A model generated the notes under the pieces. That model did not search any database and was not told the DNA's origin. It saw nothing but the letters and a program-made list of their open reading frames with translations. From Thermodesulfobacteriota bacterium (GTDB taxonomy: Bacteria; Desulfobacterota; GWC2-55-46), in assembly GCA_030583865.1 (NCBI GenBank), contig CP129479.1, forward strand, positions 1,476,744 through 1,540,743: 64,000 nucleotides of DNA, read 5' to 3'. How positions within the stretch are numbered: the first letter of the stretch is position 1; each line of letters begins with the position of its first letter. Positions 1 through 11,713 of the stretch are shown piece by piece. A program made the position numbers and the translations under genes.

Positions 1-53
1 TGGCAATCCGTCCGTGGATTGCCTGGCATGGTGTTTTTCAACACCCTGTCAGA
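1..53 (+). repeat. repeat family A (two-hairpin PATE-like element), 3' part, truncated by window edge
   Basis: tggcaatccgtccgtggattgc...gtgtttttcaacaccctg matches 35448-35500 and revcomp of 55081-55130. Confidence 0.8.
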
Positions 54-261
54 GCGTGTTGGCGACCTTCTGGAGCACCTCCATGAAAGCGGCGAGGCCG
101 CTTACCGGGATGACCACCGTGCTCCGCCTGTCGTTGGAGAGCTCGGCTACCTGCAGGAACCTGCCGCCTTCGTTCTCCTTCAGGTCCACGAACAGGGTCT
201 TGTTCTCTATATGCAATTTCTCGCTGGAAAGGACCTTGCTTTTTGCGCCTTCCCTTTTCAT
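49..261 (-). CDS. PUR-alpha-like (DUF3276-type) small nucleic-acid-binding protein
   Basis: 71-aa [73 protein letters not shown]. The F-x-DLKEN-x-GGRFL ... RRS-x-VIP-x-GL-x-F pattern matches bacterial Pur-like repeat proteins. Start ATG overlaps the leuD stop (ATGA). Stop codon lies inside repeat family A copy. Confidence 0.45.
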   Translation of the reverse strand: MKREGAKSKVLSSEKLHIENKTLFVDLKENEGGRFLQVAELSNDRRSTVVIPVSGLAAFMEVLQKVANTL

Positions 262-752
262 ACAAACCCCCTCTTTCTTATCGACTCCATGAGCCCGCCG
301 GCCTGTATAAGCTCCTGCATGAACGGAGGCACCGGCCTGGCCGTGAAGCTCTTCCCCTTGGTGAGGTTTACGATGGAGCCGGTCGAGACGTCTATCTCGA
401 GTTCGTCCCCGTCGTCCGTGGCTCCGTATACCTCGTCGGATTCGAGTATCGTAAGCCCCATGTTGAACGAGTTCCTGTAGAAAATCCTGGCGAAGCTCTT
501 GGCGATTACGCAGGCAACCCCCGCGGCCTTTATTGCGATGGGCGCGTGCTCCCTTGACGAGCCGCACCCGAAGTTCTTGTCAGCGAGAATTATGTCCCCT
601 GGCCGCACCTTCGAGGCGAACGAGGGGTCCTCGTCCTCCATGCAGTGCTTCGCGAGCTCCGCCGGATCGGATGTGTTGAGGTATCTCGCGGGTATTATCT
701 TGTCAGTGTCTATATCGGCTCCGTACTTCCAGACCCTGCCCTTAAGCTTCAT
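258..752 (-). CDS. leuD: 3-isopropylmalate dehydratase small subunit (type 2, short form)
   Basis: 164 aa; [10 protein letters not shown] motif; aconitase swivel domain; adjacent to leuC/leuA. Confidence 0.9.
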   Translation of the reverse strand: MKLKGRVWKYGADIDTDKIIPARYLNTSDPAELAKHCMEDEDPSFASKVRPGDIILADKNFGCGSSREHAPIAIKAAGVACVIAKSFARIFYRNSFNMGLTILESDEVYGATDDGDELEIDVSTGSIVNLTKGKSFTARPVPPFMQELIQAGGLMESIRKRGFV

Positions 753-809
753 CTGCTCACCTCTGCGTAAAAAAATTTGTTTTCAGTGCCGCCTCGCGGC
801 ACTCCTGTC

Positions 810-1454
810 CTATGCCCGCCTGGCGGTTACAAGCTGCAATGACCTGCTTGCGAGAAAGACGCGCCTGAAGTCCCTGAAGCCCAGGCTTGAGAGTAGAGAT
901 TGTATATCGGTCCTCACCCATGCCCTGGCCGGCTCGCCTTCGAAAAATGTAAAGACCAGGGACTGCAAAAAACCCGCGGGCCCCTCGGCCCTGTGGAAAT
1001 CGAGTATGGAGAGCTTCCCGCCTGATTTAAGCACCCTCCCGGCCTCGAAGAGTATTCCCCTGAGCGCCTCGGGCCTGGCCTCGTGGAGGCCCATGGAGGC
1101 CATTACCCTGTCAAAAGAGCCGCCGGCGAACGGAAGCTCCGCCGCATCCCCCCTTACGAGCCCTATCCCGAGCCTTTCGTCCCCTGCCTTTTCGCGGGCG
1201 GCCTTGAGCATCCCCTCGGAAACGTCCAGCGCGAATACGCAAGCGCCGCGCCTGGCTGCCATGAGGGACAATGTCGCGGTGCCCGAGAATATCTCAAGCA
1301 CCTTCTGCCCGCCTCTAACGTCGGCCTCGTCAAGGGTCCTGGCCCTCAAGCGTGCCTCGCCGCCGAAGGGAATGGCCGCGAGCCTTACCCCGAGGTCGTA
1401 AAGCGGGGCAAGCCAATCGTACAGGTAATAATGCGGGGGGCGGGGCTTTTTCAT
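810..1454 (-). CDS. class I SAM-dependent methyltransferase (UbiE/Methyltransf_11-like)
   Basis: 214 aa; motif I VLEIFSGTATLSL and acidic LDVSEGML; inserted between leuC and leuD. Confidence 0.7.
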   Translation of the reverse strand: MKKPRPPHYYLYDWLAPLYDLGVRLAAIPFGGEARLRARTLDEADVRGGQKVLEIFSGTATLSLMAARRGACVFALDVSEGMLKAAREKAGDERLGIGLVRGDAAELPFAGGSFDRVMASMGLHEARPEALRGILFEAGRVLKSGGKLSILDFHRAEGPAGFLQSLVFTFFEGEPARAWVRTDIQSLLSSLGFRDFRRVFLASRSLQLVTARRA

Positions 1455-1484
1455 GGCGGTCTCGCGAGGCCCGGCCCTCCGGGC

Positions 1485-2753
1485 CTACTTCGATACCTCG
1501 TCCGGGTGGGCTATCCTCCCCTTTACGGCCGTTGCAGCGGCGACGGCCGGGTTCGCAAGATAGACCTCGCTCTTGGGGTCGCCCATCCTGCCCACGAAGT
1601 TCCTGTTCGTGGTCGCGAGCGCCCTCTCACCGGCGGCCAGTATGCCCATGTGGCCCCCAAGGCAGGGGCCGCAGGTGGGCGGGCTTATGACGGCACCGGC
1701 CTTGAGGAATATGTCGAAGTAGCCGAGGCGCATGGCTTCGTTGTAGATGAACGGGGTCGCCGGTATTACTATGAGCCGTACGTATTTCGCGACCTTCTGC
1801 CCCTTCAATATCCTGGCAGCGACCTTGAGGTCCTCAAGCCTGCCGTTCGTGCACGAGCCGATTATGACCTGGTCTATGGTTATGCCCTTGAGCTCCGATA
1901 CCTTTTTCGTGTTCTCCGGCAGGTGCGGGCAGGCGACGGTCGGCTCTATTCCAGAGCAGTCGTACTCCTTCACCTCGGCATAGGTGGCGCCTGGGTCGCT
2001 CGAATAGAATTTGTACGGCCTCTCGGCCCTGCCGTTCACATATTCCTCCGTGACAGCGTCAGGGGCTATTATGCCGCTCTTTGCGCCCGCTTCGATGGCC
2101 ATGTTGCACATGGCCATCCTCGAGTCCATGGAGAGCTTCTCTATGGCCCTGCCCGTGAACTCCATTGCCCTGTAGAGCGCGCCGTCCACGCCTATGTCGC
2201 CGATTACGCGGAGGATGAGGTCCTTGCCGCTGACCCACTTGTTGAGCTTCCCTTCGAAGACGAACTTGATGGACTCCGGCACCTTGAACCACACCTCGCC
2301 GGTTATCATGGCCGCGGCAAGGTCGGTCGAGCCGACGCCAGTCGAAAAGGCCCCGAGCGCGCCGTAGGTGCAGGTATGTGAGTCCGCGCCTATGACGACG
2401 TCGCCCGGCACGACTATCCCCTTCTCCGGAAGGAGCGCGTGCTCGACGCCAACGTCGCCGCCCTCGAAGTAATATTTCAGCCTCTGCTCTTTCGCGAACT
2501 CGCGGAGTATCTTGACCTGGGCCGCGGATTTTATGTCCTTGTTAGGCGTGAAGTGGTCCGGGACAAGGACGACCTTGTTCCTGTTGAAGACCTTCTTCGC
2601 GCCGATCTTCCTGAACTCGCTTATCGCGATGGGCGCGGTTATGTCGTTCCCGAGCGCGATGTCCACCCTGGCGTTTATGAGCTCGCCGGGCGCGACTTCC
2701 TTCAGCCCGGCGTGCTTCGCAAGGATCTTTTCCGTGATCGTCATCTGCCTCAT
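1485..2753 (-). CDS. leuC: 3-isopropylmalate dehydratase large subunit (type 2, archaeal-like ~420 aa form)
   Basis: Aconitase family; [14 protein letters not shown]-terminus; Cys ligands GSCTNGR and [11 protein letters not shown] extends to 2816, but start chosen at ATG 2753 with GGAGAGG upstream (2744 also possible). Confidence 0.85.
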   Translation of the reverse strand: MRQMTITEKILAKHAGLKEVAPGELINARVDIALGNDITAPIAISEFRKIGAKKVFNRNKVVLVPDHFTPNKDIKSAAQVKILREFAKEQRLKYYFEGGDVGVEHALLPEKGIVVPGDVVIGADSHTCTYGALGAFSTGVGSTDLAAAMITGEVWFKVPESIKFVFEGKLNKWVSGKDLILRVIGDIGVDGALYRAMEFTGRAIEKLSMDSRMAMCNMAIEAGAKSGIIAPDAVTEEYVNGRAERPYKFYSSDPGATYAEVKEYDCSGIEPTVACPHLPENTKKVSELKGITIDQVIIGSCTNGRLEDLKVAARILKGQKVAKYVRLIVIPATPFIYNEAMRLGYFDIFLKAGAVISPPTCGPCLGGHMGILAAGERALATTNRNFVGRMGDPKSEVYLANPAVAAATAVKGRIAHPDEVSK

Positions 2754-2836
2754 GCTCTTCAAAAACCTCTCCTGGAATGTGATAAAACCCTTGCGGGCTG
2801 GAAACTCTATATGCACGCCTGCTGGAAAAGGACTTC

Positions 2837-2905
2837 TGGGGGAAACTTTCTGTAGAAAGGTTCCCCCAGAACCCCTGACTTTTAGTTCCTGAGAAGACCC
2901 CCAAG
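2837..2905. repeat. palindromic repeat family C copy 1
   Basis: gggggaaactttctgtagaaaggttccccc + agttcctgagaagaccccca; related to 29797-29900. Confidence 0.6.
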
Positions 2906-2922
2906 GCCTTTCAGCAGTCCTC

Positions 2923-4464
2923 CTAAAGCACAGGTGTGTCGCGCTTCTCCTTCTTCATGTGCTCGAGCCTGTTGAGCGCGTTTATGTAGGCCTTGGCGCT
3001 CGCGACAATTATGTCGGTGTGGGAGCCCTGGCCGAGCACGATGTGCCCGCCCTCCTGCACCCTCACGGAGACCTCTCCCTGCGCGTCGGTGCCGCCCGTG
3101 ATGGCGTTTACCGAGTATTTGAGGAGCCTGCTCTTCGTGCCGGTAAGCGAGGCTATGGTGTTGTAGGCCGCGTCCACCGGCCCGTCTCCTGTGCCTGTTC
3201 CGCTTTCGGTCCTGCCGTCGACCTCCATCTCGACCTCGGCCCTGGGGGGAGTATCGGTCCCGCTCTGCACCTTGAGCTTGACGAGCCTGTACCTGTCAGG
3301 CACCTCGACCCTCAGCACCTCGTCCTGCACTATGGCCTCGAGGTCCTCGTCGAAGACCTCCTTTTTGAGGTCGGCGAGCCGTTTGAAGGTCTCGAAGGCC
3401 CTCTCGAGGTTCTCCTGCGAAAGGTCGTAGCCCATCTCCGAGAGCCTCGTCTTGAAGGCGTGGCGGCCGGAATGCTTGCCGAGGACCAGCTTCGAGCGGG
3501 ATATGCCGACAGACTCGGGCCGCATTATCTCGTAGGTGGACTTGTCCTTGAGGAGGCCGTCCTGGTGTATGCCGGACTCGTGCGCAAAGGCGTTGTCGCC
3601 TACTATGGCCTTGTTTGGCTGCACCATTATGCCGGTTATGCCGCTTACGAGCCTGCTCGCGGGGAATATCTGCTCCGTTGTGATGCCGGTCTCGAGGCCG
3701 AGGACGTCCTTCCTCGTCCTGAGTATCATGACTATCTCTTCGAGGGAGGCGTTACCGGCCCTCTCGCCTATGCCGTTTATGGTGCACTCTACCTGCCTCG
3801 CGCCGTTCACGACCGCGGCAAGGGAGTTAGCAACCGCCAATCCCAGGTCGTTATGGCAATGAACGGATATTACCGCCCTGTCGATGTTCCTTACGTTGTC
3901 GCGTATGCCCTTTATGAGCGCGCCGAACTGGTCCGGGAGCGCATAGCCGACTGTGTCGGGGATATTAACGGTCCCGGCGCCTGCCTCGATAACGGCTTCT
4001 ATCATCTCGTAAAGGTATGCGGGCTCGGTCCTCGAAGCGTCCATTGCCGAAAACTCGACGTCGTCGACGTGGCCACGCGCCCTCTTGACCATCTCGACCG
4101 CCCTCTCGAGGGCCTCGCTCCGGGTGAGCCTGAACTGGTGCTTCAGGTGTATCTCGGAGGTCGAGATGAAGGTGTGTATCCTGGACCTGGCCGCGCCCTT
4201 TAGCGCGCCCGCCGCGGCGTCTATGTCCTCTGGCTTGCACCTGGCGAGGCTGCATATGACCGGGCCCTCGACCTCGAGCGCGATCCTCCTGACCGAGTCG
4301 AAATCGCCCGGCGAGCTGAAGGCGAAACCCGCCTCTATGACGTCGACCCCGAGCTTCGTAAGCTGCCTTGCTACGGCTATCTTCTCCTCGACGTTCATCG
4401 AGGCGCCCGGCGACTGCTCGCCGTCCCGGAGCGTCGTATCGAATATCCTGACCCTGTTGTCCAT
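2923..4464 (-). CDS. leuA: 2-isopropylmalate synthase
   Basis: 513 aa; [15 protein letters not shown]-terminus; [14 protein letters not shown]; C-terminal LeuA allosteric domain. Confidence 0.92.
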   Translation of the reverse strand: MDNRVRIFDTTLRDGEQSPGASMNVEEKIAVARQLTKLGVDVIEAGFAFSSPGDFDSVRRIALEVEGPVICSLARCKPEDIDAAAGALKGAARSRIHTFISTSEIHLKHQFRLTRSEALERAVEMVKRARGHVDDVEFSAMDASRTEPAYLYEMIEAVIEAGAGTVNIPDTVGYALPDQFGALIKGIRDNVRNIDRAVISVHCHNDLGLAVANSLAAVVNGARQVECTINGIGERAGNASLEEIVMILRTRKDVLGLETGITTEQIFPASRLVSGITGIMVQPNKAIVGDNAFAHESGIHQDGLLKDKSTYEIMRPESVGISRSKLVLGKHSGRHAFKTRLSEMGYDLSQENLERAFETFKRLADLKKEVFDEDLEAIVQDEVLRVEVPDRYRLVKLKVQSGTDTPPRAEVEMEVDGRTESGTGTGDGPVDAAYNTIASLTGTKSRLLKYSVNAITGGTDAQGEVSVRVQEGGHIVLGQGSHTDIIVASAKAYINALNRLEHMKKEKRDTPVL

Positions 4465-4474
4465 TACTGCGTCC

Positions 4475-5281
4475 CTATCCCTTTGACCCGGCTTCCTTCG
4501 TTTCCTTCCTGTCCCTTGCAGGGGCCTTGAGCGAAACCTTCCTCCGCTTGTCCACTATCGTCGTTATGGGCCCGGACAGCATATATCCCAGGCTCAGTAT
4601 GAATAGCATCACGGGCGGGTTGGCTGCCACGACAATGAGGAGAAATATTATCCCTACCAGAAGCCTGAAAGGCATCCTCTGCGAGGGGCTCAGCTCCTTG
4701 AAGCTGTAGTAATGCACGTTGCTTATCATGAGGAACGCGAGCGTGTACACGAGTACGAGTATGGTCACGTGCCTTACGGCCTCGTCGCCCCTGCCAAGGT
4801 GGAAGAACATGAGGACCGTGGACGCGACGAGCACCGCCGCCGCGGGAATCGGGAGCCCGTTGAAACGCTTGCTCTCGACCGTCGTCACCTGCACGTTGAA
4901 CCGGGCGAGCCGGAGCGCGCCGCATACGACGTACAGGAACGCCGCGAGCCAGCCGTACCTCCCGAAGGGCCGCAAGGCCCACGTGAATATGAGGACCGCC
5001 GGCGCCAGGCCGAAGGCGATGAGGTCTGAGAGGGAGTCGTATTCCACCCCGAACTTGCTGCTGCCCCCGGTAAGCCTGGCGACCCTGCCGTCAAGCCCGT
5101 CGAGTATCGCCGAGATGATGATGGCTATGGCCGCGTACTCGTACTTGCCGTCGAACGAGGCTATGATGGCGTAAAAGCCCCCGAAAAGGCTCGCCGAGGT
5201 GATGAGGTTCGGAAGGAGATACACCCCCCTCTTGACCTTTTTCTTTTCGCCGCTATCCAGGTTTATTTCGTTATCAAGCAT
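4475..5281 (-). CDS. pssA: CDP-diacylglycerol--serine O-phosphatidyltransferase
   Basis: 268 aa multi-TM; CDP-alcohol phosphatidyltransferase motif DGLDGRVARLTG...D...D. Confidence 0.85.
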   Translation of the reverse strand: MLDNEINLDSGEKKKVKRGVYLLPNLITSASLFGGFYAIIASFDGKYEYAAIAIIISAILDGLDGRVARLTGGSSKFGVEYDSLSDLIAFGLAPAVLIFTWALRPFGRYGWLAAFLYVVCGALRLARFNVQVTTVESKRFNGLPIPAAAVLVASTVLMFFHLGRGDEAVRHVTILVLVYTLAFLMISNVHYYSFKELSPSQRMPFRLLVGIIFLLIVVAANPPVMLFILSLGYMLSGPITTIVDKRRKVSLKAPARDRKETKEAGSKG

Positions 5282-5915
5282 CCCATCTTCCTATTATTGA
5301 AGAACCTGCCCTGACCCTGTCCCCAACCTTCACGTTCGGAGACGCTCCGGCCGGGAGATATACGTCCACCCGCGAGCCGAACCGTATCATTCCGAACCTC
5401 TCGCCCTTGCCGTAGCTCATGCCCTGCCTTGCGTAGCAGACTATCCTCCTCGCAACGAGGCCGGCTATCTGGTTGAAGGCGAACCTCCTGCCGCCCTGGT
5501 CCTCCATTATGACGGCGTTCTGCTCGTTCATGAGCGAGGCCTTGTCCAGGGAGGCGTTGAAGAACCTGCCGGGGTTGTATATGACGTCCACTACCCTGCC
5601 CGGGGCAGGCACCCTGTTCACGTGGACGTTAAAGACGTTCATGAATATGCAGATGCGGAGCGCGTCGGCCTTGAGGAACTTATCGTCCTTTATCCGCTCG
5701 ACCTTTATCACCCTGCCGTCCGCGGGGCTGACTATCGCATTGGTGTCAGTCGGGATTTCCCTTTCGGGGTCCCTGAAAAACGAGACCACGAATACGGCAA
5801 GCGGCACGAAGATCGCCTCAAGCCAGCGGAGCCCCGCCATCCATACCACGATTATACAAAAAAAAGACGCCAGGATAAAGGGATAACCTTCCCTGGCAAC
5901 CGGAATCCTTGCCAA
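5274..5915 (-). CDS. psd: phosphatidylserine decarboxylase proenzyme (short archaeal-type Psd)
   Basis: 213 aa; PSD family with FGSRVD self-cleavage (G-S) site; overlaps pssA by 8 nt. Confidence 0.8.
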   Translation of the reverse strand: MARIPVAREGYPFILASFFCIIVVWMAGLRWLEAIFVPLAVFVVSFFRDPEREIPTDTNAIVSPADGRVIKVERIKDDKFLKADALRICIFMNVFNVHVNRVPAPGRVVDVIYNPGRFFNASLDKASLMNEQNAVIMEDQGGRRFAFNQIAGLVARRIVCYARQGMSYGKGERFGMIRFGSRVDVYLPAGASPNVKVGDRVRAGSSIIGRWDA

Positions 5916-5944
5916 TCATACCTCCTGCAACTCCCCCTGTAATA

Positions 5945-5979
5945 CGATAATACCCTCCCGTATGGGGAGGGTATTATCG
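5945..5979. other. perfect 15-bp-stem hairpin between psd start and ilvC stop
   Basis: cgataataccctccc-gtatg-gggagggtattatcg; no flanking T tract. Confidence 0.5.
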
Positions 5980-6011
5980 GCAAAGAGCGGGGGGCTCTCT
6001 TCTGAAAGACC

Positions 6012-7046
<1,035 letters not shown>

Positions 7047-7090
7047 CTAGTTTTCGCAATCCGTATAGTCGCTTTACGCTTTTAGCTTAT

Positions 7091-7232
7091 GGCAACCTCT
7101 AAAAATCAGAAATTTTTCCTGCAATCAAGGAAGGGCGGGAATAAAAAGCGGAGCATATATGTGAATATGTGAGCATTTTTATTCACGCCCTGACGCAGAG
7201 TCCGGGTAAAATAGCAATTTTTAGAGGTTGCC
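7091..7232 (+). mobile_element. MITE family B copy 1 (16-bp TIR GGCAACCTCTAAAAAT ... ATTTTTAGAGGTTGCC)
   Basis: Perfect 16-bp terminal inverted repeats; flanked by TTAT/TTAT; between ilvC start and ilvN stop. Confidence 0.85.
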
Positions 7233-7718
7233 TTATCTCTGCTTGGGGCTCCGGGCCATTGCCACCCTTCCGGTCCGGACGATCTCCTTTATGCCGAATG
7301 GGCGGAGTAGCTCGGTAATGGCCCGTATCTTCTCCTCGTCCCCGGTTATCTCTATCGTGTAGGTCCGGGAGCTTACGTCAACGACCTTGGCCCTGAATAT
7401 GTCGACTATCGAGAGTATCTCGGCCCTGGTCTCGGCGTTGAGGTTCACCTTTATGAGGGCGAGCTCCCGCTCGATATGCTCCTCGCCGGTGAAGTCGTAT
7501 ACCTTGATGACGTTCACGAGCTTGTTCAATTGCTTGTTTATCTGCTCGAGGACTTTGTCGTCGCCGCTCGTGACGATGGTCATCCGGGATATCTTCGGGT
7601 CGAAGGTCTCGGCCACCGAGAGGCTCTCGATATTGAAGCCCCGCCCGGAGAAAAGTCCCGATATGCGCGATAGCACGCCGAACTCGTTGGTTACAAGGAC
7701 CGATATCGTATGACGCAC
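7233..7718 (-). CDS. ilvN: acetolactate synthase small (regulatory) subunit
   Basis: 161 aa; ACT domain ISVLVTNEFGVLSRISGLFSGRGFNIESL. Confidence 0.9.
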   Translation of the reverse strand: MRHTISVLVTNEFGVLSRISGLFSGRGFNIESLSVAETFDPKISRMTIVTSGDDKVLEQINKQLNKLVNVIKVYDFTGEEHIERELALIKVNLNAETRAEILSIVDIFRAKVVDVSSRTYTIEITGDEEKIRAITELLRPFGIKEIVRTGRVAMARSPKQR

Positions 7719-7734
7719 GCGTTGGACCTCCCAA

Positions 7735-9429
7735 TCAGACCAGAAGCATCTTGTTCAACGGCTGCCCGGCGGGGACCATGGGGTAGACGCACTCGAACTG
7801 GTCCACCCTGAAGTCCATCAAAACCGGCCTGTCCTTCACTGCCAGTGCCTTCTCCAGCACCGTCCCGACCTCTCCGGGCTTTGTCGCCCGGAGGCCGACC
7901 GCCCCGTAGGCCTCCGCCAGCTTCACGAAGTCCGGCGCGACCGAGATGCAGGTGTGGGAGTACCTCTTCTGGAAGAAGAGCTCCTGCCATTGCCTGACCA
8001 TGCCGAGGACCATGTTGTTGAGTATCACTACCTTTACCGGGAGCTTGTACTGCACGGCAGTGGCGAGCTCCTGGATGTTCATCTGGAGCGAGCCGTCGCC
8101 CGCTATGTCAACGACGGTCTTCTCAGGAAACGCTATCTGCGCGCCGATCGCGGCCGGGAAGCCGAAGCCCATCGTGCCGAGGCCGCCGGAAGTAAGGAAG
8201 GTCCGGGCCTTGTCGTATTTGAAGAACTGGGCCGCCCACATCTGGTTCTGCCCGACCTCGGTGGTTATTATGGCGTCACCGCCCGTAAGCTCGTAGAGCT
8301 TCTCTATGACGAACTGTGGCTTTATCTTGCCCTTCGGGTCCTGCTTGTACGAGAGCCTGTGGCTTCCGCTCCACCCCTCGACCTCGTCCCTCCAGGGCTG
8401 TATTCCTTTTTTGAACTCCTTTGCCGGGGGGCAGGCCTTCAAGAGGTCCTTCAGGACCGTCCTCACGTCGCCGACAATGGGGATATCGACCTTGACGTTC
8501 TTGCTTATCGAGGTCGGGTCTATGTCTATGTGGACGATGCCTGCATACGGCGCGAACTCGTCTATCTTTCCCGTGACCCTGTCGTCGAACCTCGCGCCCA
8601 CGGCGATGAGACAGTCGGTATTCATTACCGCCATGTTGGCGGCGTAGGTGCCGTGCATGCCGAGCATGCCCATGAACAGCGGGTGCGTGCCCGGGAACGC
8701 GCCGAGGCCCATGAGCGTCGTCGTAGTGGGTATGCCGAGCTTTTCGGAAAAGGCCTTCATCTCGGCCGAGGCATTCGAGAGGACCACCCCTCCCCCGGCG
8801 TATACGACCGGCCTCTTCGAGGAAAGTATCAGCTCAAGAGCCTTCCGTATCTGGCCCGGATGCCCCTTGTAGTTGGGCTGGTAGCTCTCTATAGCGGCCT
8901 TATCCGGGTACTTGTAATCCGGAAGCGTCGCGGTAAGAACGTCCTTCGGGATATCCACTAGCACCGGCCCCGGCCTTCCGGTCGTAGCTATGTAGAACGA
9001 TTCCTTTATTATCCTCGGGAGGTCCCTTATGTCCTTGACGAGGTAATTGTGCTTGGTGCACGGCCTGGTGATGCCGACGATGTCCGCCTCCTGGAAGGCG
9101 TCGTTCCCGATCAGGGGCGTCGGCACCTGCCCGGTGAAGACGACCATGGGTATGGAGTCCATGTAGGCGGTGGCAATGCCGGTTACGGTGTTGGTCGCGC
9201 CAGGGCCGGAGGTCACGACCACGACCCCGGGCTTGCCCAGTGCCCTTGCGTAGCCGTCTGCCATGTGCACGGCGCCCTGCTCGTGCCTTACGAGTATGTG
9301 CCGGAGGGGGCTGTCGTAAAGGGCGTCGTAGATGGGCAGTACCGCGCCGCCCGGGAAACCGAATATGGTGTCCACGCCCTCCTTCAGGAGGCATTCGATG
9401 AATATCTCAGCGCCGTTCTTCCTGTTCAT
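7735..9429 (-). CDS. ilvB: acetolactate synthase large subunit
   Basis: 564 aa; ThDP enzyme; [14 protein letters not shown] motif. Confidence 0.92.
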   Translation of the reverse strand: MNRKNGAEIFIECLLKEGVDTIFGFPGGAVLPIYDALYDSPLRHILVRHEQGAVHMADGYARALGKPGVVVVTSGPGATNTVTGIATAYMDSIPMVVFTGQVPTPLIGNDAFQEADIVGITRPCTKHNYLVKDIRDLPRIIKESFYIATTGRPGPVLVDIPKDVLTATLPDYKYPDKAAIESYQPNYKGHPGQIRKALELILSSKRPVVYAGGGVVLSNASAEMKAFSEKLGIPTTTTLMGLGAFPGTHPLFMGMLGMHGTYAANMAVMNTDCLIAVGARFDDRVTGKIDEFAPYAGIVHIDIDPTSISKNVKVDIPIVGDVRTVLKDLLKACPPAKEFKKGIQPWRDEVEGWSGSHRLSYKQDPKGKIKPQFVIEKLYELTGGDAIITTEVGQNQMWAAQFFKYDKARTFLTSGGLGTMGFGFPAAIGAQIAFPEKTVVDIAGDGSLQMNIQELATAVQYKLPVKVVILNNMVLGMVRQWQELFFQKRYSHTCISVAPDFVKLAEAYGAVGLRATKPGEVGTVLEKALAVKDRPVLMDFRVDQFECVYPMVPAGQPLNKMLLV

Positions 9430-9465
9430 GACAATATATTTCCCGTCTGGAATTTCGGTTTGGGC

Positions 9466-11127
9466 CTAAGCCTTGAGTACCGCCCCCGTATAGGCCGATG
9501 TGACCGACTTGGCATACCTTGCAAGCCAGCCGTCCTTTATCTTGGGGGACGGCGTCTTCCATGCCTGCCTCCTCGCCAGAAGCTCCTTGTCAGGCACCTT
9601 GAGCTCCATCTTCCTCGCGGGGATATCAAGCTCGATTGTGTCGCCGTCCTTTACGAGCGCTATGGGCCCGCCCTCTGCAGCTTCCGGCGAGATGTGGCCT
9701 ATGCAAGGGCCCCTGGTGCCTCCTGAGAACCTGCCGTCGGTTATTAGCGCCACGGTTTCGCCCATCCCCATGCCCATGAGGGCCGCCGTCGGCGCGAGCA
9801 TCTCCCTCATGCCCGGGCCTCCCTTGGGCCCCTCGTATCTTATGACTATCACGCTACCAGCCTTGATGTCGCGGCCTACTATCGCCTTCATCGCGGCCTC
9901 TTCGGAATCGAAGACGCGGGCAGTGCCGGTGAAGCGCATCATCTTTTCGCTTACGCCGGACTGCTTTACCACGGCCCCGAACGGCGCCAGGTTACCCTTG
10001 AGCACCGCTATGCCGCCTTCCTTGTGGTAGGCCTCGGAAAGGGGCTTGATGACGCGCTCGTCGACGTAGTCGACGCCGTCTATTATCGCCTTTATCCTTT
10101 TCCCGGAGACCGTCGGGTTGTCCTTTATGAGGTCCTTGAGCCTCAAAAGGAGCGCGCCTATGCCGCCGCCCCAATGAAGGTCCTCCATGTAATACTCGCC
10201 CACGGGCTCAAGCGATGTTATGTGCGGGGTCGTGAGGCTCAGGTCGTTAAACACATCCAGCGGGAGCTTCACACCGGCCTCGTGCGCTATGGCAAGGAGG
10301 TGGAGTACCGTATTGGACGAGCCGCCGAGCGCGAGGTCCGCCCTGATGGCGTTCTCGAAGGCAGCCCTTGTCATTATCTTCCGCGGGGTGACGTTCTTCC
10401 TTACGAGCTCTACCGCGCGCACGCCGCTGTCGAAGGCTATACGGCGCTTTTCAGCCGACGCGGCGAGCGCGGTGCCGCAGAAAGGGAGGCTCATGCCCAT
10501 GACCTCGGTAAGACAGCTCATGGTATTCGCGGTGTAGAGGCCCTGGCAGGAGCCGGCGCCTGGGCAGGCCCCGGTCTCGCAGGCGTTAAGCTCTTCTTTT
10601 GTTATCTCGCCCGCCCGGAAACGGCCCATTGCCTCGAAGGTGTTCCTTATGAACGAGGTCTTCCTGCCCCTGTACCTTCCGGTGAGCATTGGCCCGGCGG
10701 TGACGACTATCGTCGGGATATCGAGGCGCGCAGCGCCCATGAGCATCCCGGGCGTTATCTTGTCGCAGTTCGTAAGGAGTATGAGGCCGTCAAAGGCGTG
10801 GGCCTCCGCCACGCTCTCGATGGTATCGGCGATGAGCTCCCTCGACGGAAGGGAATAATGCATGCCCCTGTGCCCCATTGCTATGCCGTCGCATATGCCG
10901 GGGAGCCCGAAGAACATGGGGTAGCCGCCTCCGGTGTGGACGCCCTTCTCAATGAACCTTTCGAGGTCCCTCATGCCGATGTGGCCGGGTATGAGGTCGG
11001 AAAAGCTCGTGGCCACGCCGATGAAGGGCTTCTTCATCTCGCCGGTGGGTATGCCTGTCGCGTAAAGGAGGGCCCTGGAAGGGACCCTATCAAGTCCTTT
11101 CTTTATCCTGTCACTTCTATTCGGCAT
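9466..11127 (-). CDS. ilvD: dihydroxy-acid dehydratase
   Basis: 553 aa; IlvD/EDD family; CDKITPG and GTCTGMYTANTM-like Fe-S ligand region. Confidence 0.92.
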   Translation of the reverse strand: MPNRSDRIKKGLDRVPSRALLYATGIPTGEMKKPFIGVATSFSDLIPGHIGMRDLERFIEKGVHTGGGYPMFFGLPGICDGIAMGHRGMHYSLPSRELIADTIESVAEAHAFDGLILLTNCDKITPGMLMGAARLDIPTIVVTAGPMLTGRYRGRKTSFIRNTFEAMGRFRAGEITKEELNACETGACPGAGSCQGLYTANTMSCLTEVMGMSLPFCGTALAASAEKRRIAFDSGVRAVELVRKNVTPRKIMTRAAFENAIRADLALGGSSNTVLHLLAIAHEAGVKLPLDVFNDLSLTTPHITSLEPVGEYYMEDLHWGGGIGALLLRLKDLIKDNPTVSGKRIKAIIDGVDYVDERVIKPLSEAYHKEGGIAVLKGNLAPFGAVVKQSGVSEKMMRFTGTARVFDSEEAAMKAIVGRDIKAGSVIVIRYEGPKGGPGMREMLAPTAALMGMGMGETVALITDGRFSGGTRGPCIGHISPEAAEGGPIALVKDGDTIELDIPARKMELKVPDKELLARRQAWKTPSPKIKDGWLARYAKSVTSAYTGAVLKA

Positions 11128-11139
11128 CTACGGCTGCGG

Positions 11140-11370
11140 CTACGCCCCCTTCTCCTCGGCGAAATCGGAAACCCTCTTCTCCATCTCGTCCTTCAATGCG
11201 AGCTTCAACTTCTTGAGCCTCATCTTCTCCATAGTCTCGTCTGCCGTGAGCCTCGGTTTTTTTTCGAGTTTTGCGACCTTGTTCTCATAGTCCTGATGGC
11301 TCTTGTAGATCTTCCTGAATCCATCGTCCTCTTCGAGAAGCTTTTTCAGAATCTCTTCGCGTCTCTCCAT
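11140..11370 (-). CDS. DUF465 (YdcH-like) family small protein
   Basis: 76 aa coiled-coil protein; HQDYENKVAKLEKKPRLTADE...LKKLKLALKDEM matches DUF465 pattern; immediately upstream of ilvD. Confidence 0.5.
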   Translation of the reverse strand: MERREEILKKLLEEDDGFRKIYKSHQDYENKVAKLEKKPRLTADETMEKMRLKKLKLALKDEMEKRVSDFAEEKGA

Positions 11371-11713
11371 TCAAGCCTCCCTTCCACTTTGAGGTCCCTG
11401 TTCCGGGTCTCCGGCATTTCCCCCTTGCAGGAAACAGGCTCACGACGTTAATAAAAAGTGCTTGTTTTTCAAGGACAAAGCTAATTTTTATAATATCGCA
11501 ACCCGGAGAGCTTGTCAATTTGTTACCAAACCGGCTTTTTTCGGCCTGTTATGGCGGGAAAAATGATTTCTTATAACGCATTCCAGCGCCCAAGTCCATA
11601 AAAAACCCGGCATTAGAATGGAAAAAACGGGGTTTTGGCTGAATCTGGAATATTGTACAGGCTGGAAAAAGCGGTTTTTTTGCGGGGACATGAGTCCCCT
11701 TCACGTTATCCTG

